Source: a plasmid
Sequence record: NZ_CP059766.1
Length of the DNA stretch: 37,121 nucleotides
Reading direction: 5' to 3' (one strand)
Positions 30,505 to 37,121 of the stretch are shown piece after piece. Below the pieces are notes generated by a model. That model saw only the letters and a program-made list of their open reading frames with translations. It was not told where the DNA came from and made no database searches. A program made the position numbers and the translations under genes. Every line of letters starts with the position of its first letter. The first letter of the stretch is position 1.

Positions 30505-31110
30505 GATCAATTCGTCATATCTTCCAAAATCAACATTGTACTCATAACCAAGAAGTGTCGGAATCAGGTCAATTTCAATTTCTTTTTCAATTGAACGTTT
30601 AATAAGTTTCGTGGATACATACCCGACAAAAAAGAGAATAATACCCACTTCAAACAAATACATGTGTCCATTTACAAAGTGAATAAACGTCAATAAAAAA
30701 TCCTTCACTCCTTTTGTTGTTCTTCCAGATTGTTCAATTTGTTTTATTAAAGTCGCTAGAATTGCATTTACAACAATTAAATCGAATAGGCTTTTGAAAA
30801 GTTTTCCTGCTGTTAATTTTTGCCTGGTAAATTGCATGACTAATTGAGTAAAAATAGACAATAGCATGACAAAAATCAACGTCATTAGCACTGTAAAAAT
30901 GTCTGATGCTGCAATCCTATTGGGATCATTTATCAAGTAATAAGCCGTTCCAAATACTCCAATCGAGTAAACGGTTAAATCAAGAATAAGTCGTGCCCCG
31001 TAACTACAAAGTTTTCCTAATGGCCATAATTGCAATACCCAAAATTTCTTTCGTTTGCTATTTCTTTTCAGAGGAAGCCAGGTGTGTTCAATCCAGTCGT
31101 CCGATTTCAT
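30484..31110 (-). pseudogene. Polytopic membrane-protein gene fragment: intact N-terminus, C-terminus truncated by IS1216; function unknown
   Basis: 208-aa translation with 4-5 predicted TM segments (SIGVFGTAYYLI; IFTVLMTLIFVMLLSIFTQLVM; LFDLIVVNAILATLI; MYLFEVGIILFFVGYV). Its stop codon (30484-30486) lies inside the IS1216 IR, so the reading frame runs into the IS. Confidence 0.5.
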
Positions 31111-31204
31111 TTCGATTTCTTCCCTAAATTCTTTCCTTTAACGTTTTCCTTTGCTACTTTAGCAGCGATAGGTTGCTCAATGAACCAATTTTTTAAGTAC
31201 GCCG

Positions 31205-32257
31205 ATTGTAAAATTAAGCTAGACAACTAAAAAAGTCATTTGTGCTACACTCAAAATAGTTCCGTCCAAAGAATTATAAGGAGTGAGTACAAATGACCTA
31301 TACCCATCTTACAACGGATGAACTTGTAATGATAGAGTCTTATTTCAAAATAAATCAATCTGTTGCGAAAACTGCGCATTGCTTGAATCGTTCAAGACAA
31401 ACGATCCATAAAGTATACCTGTTCTTCAAGCAAGGAAAATCAGCCTTAGAGTACTATCAACAGTATAAGAAAAACAAATCAAACTGTGGTAGACGCCCGC
31501 TTGTTTTACCTGAGGAACAATCAGAATATATTCAAAGAAAGGTTGTTCAAGGATGGACACCCGATGTGATTGTTGGTCGTGCAGCGTTTCCTATTCGTTG
31601 TTCTGCTCGTACCATTTATCGTATGTTCAAAAAGGGGCTATTTAATCCTTCTGACTTACCGATGAAAGGCAAGCGTAAACCAAATGGACATCAAGAAAGA
31701 CGTGGAAAACAAGCTTTCCGTCGCTCTATTCATGAACGTGAAAAAGATTATAGCCAATTCTCAAATGAGTTTGGTCACCTTGAAGGTGACACTATCGTAG
31801 GTTTGAAACATAAAAGTGCTGTAATTACCTTAGTTGAGCGATTATCAAAAGTTATCATCACATTGAAACCGTGTGGTAGACAAGCGATTGATATTGAAAA
31901 CAAATTAAATCATTGGTTTGAATCTGTACCGAAAAATCTATTCAAATCCATCACTTTTGATTGTGGAAAGGAATTTTCAAATTGGAAACAGATCAGTAAT
32001 GCCAATGATATTGCCATTTATTTCGCTGATCCAGGAACGCCGTCTCAAAGAGGCCTAAACGAGAATTCTAACGGATTGTTACGTAGAGATGGTTTATTGA
32101 AATCTATGGATTTCAATTCAGTAGATGAATCTTTTATTCAATCTGTCGCATCGAAACGAAATAATATTCCTAGAAAATCACTGAATTATCGAACACCTTT
32201 GGAAGTATTTTTGAGTTACGTAAGTATTGATGATTTGTCTAACTTAATTTGACAATT
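31205..32257 (+). mobile_element. IS30-family insertion sequence (~1053 bp)
   Basis: Imperfect terminal IRs attgtaaaattaagctagacaa (31205-31226) and ttgtctaacttaatttgacaatt (32235-32257). The right IR overlaps the transposase stop, as is usual for IS30. Confidence 0.7.
31293..32252 (+). CDS. tnp: IS30-family transposase (319 aa)
   Basis: N-terminal HTH plus a DDE domain with typical IS30 motifs (HLEGDTIVG...TFDCGKEF...RGLNENSNGLLRR). Confidence 0.85.
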   Translation: MTYTHLTTDELVMIESYFKINQSVAKTAHCLNRSRQTIHKVYLFFKQGKSALEYYQQYKKNKSNCGRRPLVLPEEQSEYIQRKVVQGWTPDVIVGRAAFPIRCSARTIYRMFKKGLFNPSDLPMKGKRKPNGHQERRGKQAFRRSIHEREKDYSQFSNEFGHLEGDTIVGLKHKSAVITLVERLSKVIITLKPCGRQAIDIENKLNHWFESVPKNLFKSITFDCGKEFSNWKQISNANDIAIYFADPGTPSQRGLNENSNGLLRRDGLLKSMDFNSVDESFIQSVASKRNNIPRKSLNYRTPLEVFLSYVSIDDLSNLI

Positions 32258-32275
32258 AAGAGTAAATAAAAACTA

Positions 32276-32593
32276 CTACTGGATATACTTCTTCCTTTTT
32301 CTTAACTCGTTAGCTATTTTATACTCAATATACTCCTGCTCTAACACACACAAACAATCATATACCTGATCCATAGTCTCCCCAGAAGCTAAGGACAACC
32401 CATGAAGAAACTCAATCGGCAAAGAAGCAACTGTTTTTTCCCTGGTAACCCAAGAAGACAAAGTCCCCTGCTTAAAACCATAAAGCTCACAGAACACTTC
32501 CACAGATAATCCCAAACGACCAATGATAAACACATTAACAGGATGTGAATAGACATAATTTTTTAACGACATACAACTTCCTCCATGATACAT
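32276..32593 (-). CDS. Small HTH (XRE-like) protein downstream of repA
   Basis: ...IGRLGLSVEVFCELYGFKQGTLSSWVTREKTVASLPIEFLHGLSLASG... has the helix-turn-helix pattern of Cro/CI-family regulators. The real start may be the internal Met at ...MSLKNY. Confidence 0.4.
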   Translation of the reverse strand: MYHGGSCMSLKNYVYSHPVNVFIIGRLGLSVEVFCELYGFKQGTLSSWVTREKTVASLPIEFLHGLSLASGETMDQVYDCLCVLEQEYIEYKIANELRKRKKYIQ

Positions 32594-32706
32594 AAGACTG
32601 CATACGCAGTTATAAGTATACCACCTACACGTAGCTAGGCAAAGGGAGCAACACCTACAGAAGTATCATAGATATATTGTATAAGGCAATTTGCACCTTT
32701 TATTTT

Positions 32707-34200
32707 TCAACCTGTATCTACTTCAAAAAGATTCACTTCTTTAAGAGGGTTCAAGGGGGTTGATAATTGTCTAAATGTCTCTTCTACTAAGCTCTCGTTG
32801 AGTCCAAATACCTCTGTGATCCTTGTTGAATAATCTAGTCTCTTTTCTTTACTTAGTTGAATAACCCTCGCGAACAACGTTTTGACTGAAGCAATGATCA
32901 TTCCGCCATTTCTTCCTCGTGTTACCTTGTAGAAGACTTTATTCTCCTCTCGTAACTCATTTAAGATCTTATCAAGTGTTCGCTTGGGCATCGTTAGTTG
33001 TGAAGCCAATTCTTTTTTTGACAGGTTCAAATAAGGCTCACTAGCAAGACTTTTTTCGCTTAGATAAGCCAATAGATCTTCTTTCCATTCATTTTTATGA
33101 CTATATTTTCTTTGATCTCGTGGCTTTTTAAATTTCCACCAGCCACGTCGTTGAATGAACAGATCATTATTTTTTAAGGTTGGTGAAACCCATTGCTGGC
33201 ACAATTCAATAATGAATTCTCTGCTTGCTGCTTGATAATTACCAGAATAAGCACTACGTACAATCTTTACTAATTCTGCTTCAGATAGCGGTTCCTGTAA
33301 CCGTTCGTTGAATGTGAACATATTGTATTCGCAAGTATCCAATGCATAACCTGAAGAGTAATAAGCTAAAGAAAGCGTGAAAATCACATTATTTCGACCA
33401 AGACGTCCTTCTCCGCCGACGATGTTTGCTTTATGAAGTAACATATCGAACCACGGTTCATCTACTTGACGAATTTCTTTTTTCTCAGGAAAGACAATTA
33501 GTTTTCGTTCTCGATCTTCTTTTGTTTTTTGATCTGATTCAAGCTTCATCGACCATTGAATCCAGTCAGCAAAAGAATACTGATAGTTCATTTCTTTAAA
33601 AACAATATTATTTTCTTGTGGGAATCGAGCAATTCCGAAGTGGTTACATCCTAGATCCACTCCGGACAATTTTTCAGCCAACTGTAGACGAATTGTTTTT
33701 GAAATTTTTTTTGCTACATCGATCACCTTGAAATTGCTTTTCTTTGTGACATAGCCTGGTGTCTTTAGTACAAAATAAACTTGATAACCATGATCTGATT
33801 CTAAAATTAGCGTTGGCATGTAGCCCACTTGATCTAAACAGGCTAAAATAATTTCGCCTTGATGGTTCTCTTTTGAATCGATATCAACTACAAATGTGTT
33901 GATTTGACTTAAGTTTTTCTCAGAATGACCTTTAACCACTGTTCGATAATCATCCGCATAAGTACCAAAGCGATAGGTATTAGGTGTCCAATGCGTTAGT
34001 TTCTTTTCGTTCTCTAAAATAGCTTCTTCCGAAGTAATGACCATACCACGCCCAACATTCATTAATTGCTTGCTACGGTACGCAAAGATAGCACCACTCC
34101 TACTGGAATCAATATGACCTGCAGGTTTCATGGTGCTGTTTCGATATTTGTATGTACGTAAGCCGTTTTTAAGAATAGCTGAATAAATTTCGCTCAACAT
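32707..34200 (-). CDS. repA: RepA_N-family replication initiator (pAD1 RepA / pCF10 PrgW-like)
   Basis: 497-aa translation. I attribute the N-terminal conserved block (MLSEIYSAILKNGLRTYKYRN...FVVDIDS...) to the RepA_N family from memory. It is divergently arranged with a parA-like operon and flanked by iterons. Confidence 0.75.
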   Translation of the reverse strand: MLSEIYSAILKNGLRTYKYRNSTMKPAGHIDSSRSGAIFAYRSKQLMNVGRGMVITSEEAILENEKKLTHWTPNTYRFGTYADDYRTVVKGHSEKNLSQINTFVVDIDSKENHQGEIILACLDQVGYMPTLILESDHGYQVYFVLKTPGYVTKKSNFKVIDVAKKISKTIRLQLAEKLSGVDLGCNHFGIARFPQENNIVFKEMNYQYSFADWIQWSMKLESDQKTKEDRERKLIVFPEKKEIRQVDEPWFDMLLHKANIVGGEGRLGRNNVIFTLSLAYYSSGYALDTCEYNMFTFNERLQEPLSEAELVKIVRSAYSGNYQAASREFIIELCQQWVSPTLKNNDLFIQRRGWWKFKKPRDQRKYSHKNEWKEDLLAYLSEKSLASEPYLNLSKKELASQLTMPKRTLDKILNELREENKVFYKVTRGRNGGMIIASVKTLFARVIQLSKEKRLDYSTRITEVFGLNESLVEETFRQLSTPLNPLKEVNLFEVDTG

Positions 34201-34629
34201 CGATTGTAACGTCCTTTCTCAAACAAAAAGAGAACACAGTTTAGCTTTAATCTCAGCCATAGTATGTGTTCTCTCTTCAGTGTTTAAGAATATTTAATTT
34301 AAGTACACTAAATAAACGTTCTTCTGTTGAGTTGCTCGCCTTTTTTTGGTAGAATAAAGGCAATCGGAAAAGGTATCCGATCAACTTTTAATATAAGTAG
34401 TTGGTAGCTACTTACATATTCTTGAGACGAGCGTGAACACATGTCCTAACCATGTGATTCAGAAATAATTGATTCTGCTAAAATCAATTATTTCCGTCTC
34501 TTTTTTTTATGTAATTTTTCTGTTTAAAGAGTACCACTGCTTTTGCTACTTTGTAAATAGTGAATTATCTGTGGTTTCTATAGAATTAAGTTTACCTCTT
34601 TTCACTCTAAATTGTCAACGCAAAACGCA

Positions 34630-34800
34630 CAAATATATTTTGACATTTTGAATATATCTGATATACTGAATATAGCAAATATATTTAGTATATCCACTAT
34701 ATTCCTTATAAAGTCTGAATTCTTATCAATTTGGAGTATATTAGATATATCGAATATATTAAGTATATGAAGTATACTAAATATATTTAGTATAGGAAAT
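34630..34800. repeat. Iteron cluster (TAGTATAN / AATATAT units) between repA and parA: centromere and/or RepA binding repeats
   Basis: Multiple closely spaced copies of aaatatatttagtata, tatactgaatatag and agtatattagatatatcgaatatattaagtatatgaagtatactaaatatatttagtatagg. These resemble the TAGTARRR iterons I recall from pAD1 repABC replicons. Confidence 0.65.
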
Positions 34801-34811
34801 TGGAGGGAACT

Positions 34812-35765
34812 ATGGAAAACTTACGGACTGCATTTAAAACATCAGATAAACTAGGAAAAGTTGTAATGCTTACAGGTAGAAAAGGCGGCATTGGTAAGAC
34901 TACAGACAATGATTTATTAGCGATTGTTTCTAGTCAACTTTTTGAAAAAGACGTGTTGCTAATTGATTATGACCAACAAAGAAATACTACTTCCAACATT
35001 GGATCAACGTATCAAATTACTAGCTTTGATCGATCCATGTCTGCAGCAATCAAAAAAGGGGACTGGGTTTCAGGTATTACTCAAGTAAGTCCACATTTAT
35101 ATATTATGGCTGGCTCTCCTGGATCTGAAGAACTTAATGAATACTTGTCCGAAAAATATCCTGATCGTCGTAAGAGATCATTGGCCTTCATTAAACCTTT
35201 AGAAGAATTGAGAAAAAATTTCGATTATATCTTTATCGACTGCCCACCATCAACAGATAATGTGGTTCGTGCATTCTTAACTGCTGCAGATTATATTATT
35301 GCAATGCAAGAATTAAAACGGTACGCAATGGAAGGAACAGAAGATTTTATTAATAAAGTTTTAGTTCCGATTGTCACGAATTTTGAAGAGTCTCATCTTC
35401 AAATCATTGGAATTTTGCCTGTTCTTTTCTCAGTGCGACGTTCCTCTCAACACGCAAACTATCAAAAAACAATTGATAAGTATGGTGAATCAAACATTTT
35501 TAAAAGCATTGTTAAAGGCTCGGATCGGTTAGAAATGTATGGTGAGAATGGTATCCAATTAAATGATTATGTAGATCGAAGATGGTGGGCTATTTTTGCA
35601 GACATCTTTACAGAATTAGAAGAAAGAATTGAATACTATGAACAACATGGTGATATTGAAGGATTTGATTATACACCTAAATATGCTGACTCAATGGCCA
35701 ATCATATCCTACCTCTTGGAAAGGAGATTAAACTAAATGGCATTATTACCAACGAACAAAGATAA
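34812..35765 (+). CDS. parA: ParA/Soj-family partition ATPase (PrgP/RepB-like)
   Basis: Deviant Walker A LTGRKGGIGKTT. The SD GGAGGGA lies before the ATG at 34812; the ORF track opens at TTG 34800. Confidence 0.8.
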   Translation: MENLRTAFKTSDKLGKVVMLTGRKGGIGKTTDNDLLAIVSSQLFEKDVLLIDYDQQRNTTSNIGSTYQITSFDRSMSAAIKKGDWVSGITQVSPHLYIMAGSPGSEELNEYLSEKYPDRRKRSLAFIKPLEELRKNFDYIFIDCPPSTDNVVRAFLTAADYIIAMQELKRYAMEGTEDFINKVLVPIVTNFEESHLQIIGILPVLFSVRRSSQHANYQKTIDKYGESNIFKSIVKGSDRLEMYGENGIQLNDYVDRRWWAIFADIFTELEERIEYYEQHGDIEGFDYTPKYADSMANHILPLGKEIKLNGIITNEQR

Positions 35766-36012
35766 GAAGAAAATTGGTGCTGAAGATATTTCAATTAAAG
35801 ATGATATTAATGTCGAGTTAGGGGAACGAAAGTACACTGCGAAAGAAAGAAAACCAGTTCAAGTAGATCCTCCCGTACTAAAAACCATTCGGGATCTTAG
35901 TTATGCAAAAGATATTCCTATGTATGAAATAGTCAAACTTGCAATGGACGCCTATGTTGATACTTTAAACGACGAGGAACGGATTATATATAATAGACGA
36001 TCAAAAGATTAA
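35737..36012 (+). CDS. parB: Small partition adaptor/centromere-binding protein (PrgO/RepC-like)
   Basis: 91 aa, charged, overlapping the parA stop. Followed by a second iteron cluster. Confidence 0.6.
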   Translation: MALLPTNKDKKKIGAEDISIKDDINVELGERKYTAKERKPVQVDPPVLKTIRDLSYAKDIPMYEIVKLAMDAYVDTLNDEERIIYNRRSKD

Positions 36013-36070
36013 AATATAGTAAGTATACTAGATATAGTAAATATATTTAGTATACTTACTATATTTTTAG
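36013..36070. repeat. Second iteron cluster downstream of the par operon
   Basis: aaatatagtaagtatactagatatagtaaatatatttagtatacttactatattttt uses the same TAGTATAN/AATATAT units as 34630-34800. Confidence 0.6.
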
Positions 36071-36204
36071 CTTTATTAATCCTAATCCTTCAAAATATGT
36101 GTATTGTTTGGGGGTATACAACATTTGGTGTTAGTATCAAATCTTAGACAGCTTTTCGTAGAGACAAGAATAAATTAAACTTATCTACGAGAGGATGAAT
36201 TTTT

Positions 36205-36459
36205 ATGACCCGATATGAAGAAAATTTTAAACAAATGATTGTTGAACTGAATCAAACTGGACGTTCTGTTCGAGGGTTAGCGAAAGAATATGGCTTATCT
36301 GAAGCAACGATTTACAAATGGAAGAATTTATATTTACCTGATCAGTCCACAGGACTGACTGGAAAAGAAGTAGCTGAACTGAGAAAAGAAAATGCTCGTT
36401 TAAATGAGGAACTTGAAATCTTAAAAAAAGCCGCAGCCATATTCTCTCGGAAAACCTAA
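36205..36459 (+). CDS. IS3-family OrfA (HTH) of IS3 element A
   Basis: 84 aa containing an HTH (RSVRGLAKEYGLSEATIYKW) and a leucine zipper (LRKENARLNEELEILKK). The element's left IR begins near 36126 (TGgtgttagt...). Confidence 0.75.
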   Translation: MTRYEENFKQMIVELNQTGRSVRGLAKEYGLSEATIYKWKNLYLPDQSTGLTGKEVAELRKENARLNEELEILKKAAAIFSRKT

Positions 36460-36509
36460 ATTCGCTTGTTCAATTTATTGAAAAATGGTGTAAGGATTAC
36501 ACTGTTTCT

Positions 36510-36824
36510 TTGTTGTGTCGGTTATTAGAAATCCCTAGAAGTGTCTATTATTTTTATAAGAATAAACCGTTGACAGCTACAGAAATCAGAAATAATAAGT
36601 TGAAAAAGAAGATTTCAACAATTTTTTTTACGAATAAACAACGCTATGGTGCCACAAAGATCCATCAAGTTTTATTAAAAGAAGGGATTTCAGTATCTCT
36701 TAAACATGTCCAAAAGCTAATGAAACAATTAAATTTAAGGTCGATTGTAGTTAAAAAATATAGACCTCAAAGGTCTAATAAACCGATCATGGATAGGCTA
36801 CAATTAACTAGACAGAAAAATTAA
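36510..36824 (+). pseudogene. 5' part of the IS3-family OrfB of element A, interrupted after ...KKYRPQRSNKPI by insertion of IS3 element B
   Basis: The N-terminal OrfB region (LCRLLEIPRSVYYF...KIHQVLLKEGISVSLKHVQKLMKQLNL) stops prematurely. Its continuation (ENLLNQDF...DITYI...) resumes at ~1046 on the other side of element B. Confidence 0.6.
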
Positions 36825-36865
36825 GGTGTGTAGACTAGAAGAAAACATACCAGGAGGAATTTTTA

Positions 36866-37121
36866 TGTCTAAGAGAACACGAAGAACTTTTTCACAAGAA
36901 TTCAAGCAACAAATCGTCAATCTTTACTTAGCTGGAAAGCCACGTGTAGAAATCATTCGAGAATATGAACTAACGGCTTCAGCATTTGACAAATGGGTAA
37001 AGCAATTTAAAACGAGTGGTTCATTCAAAGAAAAAGATAATCTTACGCCTGAACAAAAAGAATTGTTAGAACTACGTAAAAGAAACCAGCAATTAGAAAT
37101 GGAAAATGATATTTTAAAGCA
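36866..37121 (+). CDS. IS3-family OrfA of IS3 element B (partial at the window edge; continues at base 1 if circular)
   Basis: MSKRTRRTFSQEFKQQIVNLYLAGKPRVEIIREYELTASAFDKWVKQF...ENDILK. The window ends on ...aag ca, and base 1 onward continues a gca gcg ctg..., i.e. K-Q-A-A-L-I-F-G-R-R-D-K*. Confidence 0.8.

Noticed and set aside
34200..34470. Searched for a pAD1 par (Fst/RNA I-RNA II)-type toxin-antitoxin near repA
   Set aside because: No ORF encoding a ~30-aa hydrophobic Fst-like peptide with convergent small-RNA terminators was found. Only short non-hydrophobic ORFs are present. Absence by eye is not conclusive.
34469..34651. 60-aa ORF in the repA/parA control region
   Set aside because: The region is made of iterons and a terminator-like hairpin. 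The Phe/Leu-rich ORF is an artefact of AT-rich repeats.
34630..36070. Considered whether the TAGTATAN repeat arrays could be a CRISPR array
   Set aside because: The repeats are ~8-16 bp and irregularly spaced, with no constant-length unique spacers. They flank a parAB operon next to repA, which is the signature of iterons or centromere repeats, not CRISPR.

Overview
The window reads as a complete, circularly permuted ~37.1 kb multiresistance plasmid from a low-GC Gram-positive host (Enterococcus/Streptococcus-like): reading from the last base of the window into base 1 continues an IS3-family orfA in frame, so the linear break sits inside an IS. The backbone is a RepA_N-family replicon (repA 32707-34200, minus strand) with a divergently transcribed ParA/PrgP-like and small ParB/PrgO-like partition operon, bracketed by TAGTATAN iteron clusters. 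I found no relaxase or T4SS genes. Roughly half of the plasmid is mobile DNA: four full IS1216 (IS6 family) copies plus one 5' fragment, two inverted IS256 copies forming a Tn4001-like aac(6')-Ie-aph(2'')-Ia transposon, a cryptic Tn3-family tnpR-tnpA element with perfect 37-bp GGGG inverted repeats, an IS30-family element, and two IS3-family elements nested one inside the other across the circular junction. The resistance cargo is a Tn916-derived tet(S)-type ribosomal protection module with its attenuator and a truncated orf9 homologue, a nucleotidyltransferase-methyltransferase-ant(6)-Ia(aadE)-sat4-aph(3')-IIIa cluster next to a large serine recombinase and two recombinase-fragment ORFs, and the bifunctional aac(6')-aph(2'') gene. 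The less ordinary cargo is: (a) a 736-aa multi-domain protein with repeated peptidoglycan-binding-like modules plus a DUF1906/GH25-like domin (YkuG/YbfG/BacA-like lytic-bacteriocin architecture), followed by a small membrane protein that could be its immunity factor, with the 5' end of the large gene abutting an IS1216 inverted repeat; (b) a resolvase, a standalone BRCT-domain protein and a zinc-ribbon mini-protein whose C-terminus runs into the Tn3-element IR; (c) a Fic-domain protein co-transcribed with a resolvase; (d) a membrane-protein fragment trapped between IS1216 and IS30. All identifications come from reading the translations and repeats by eye; no database search was possible.
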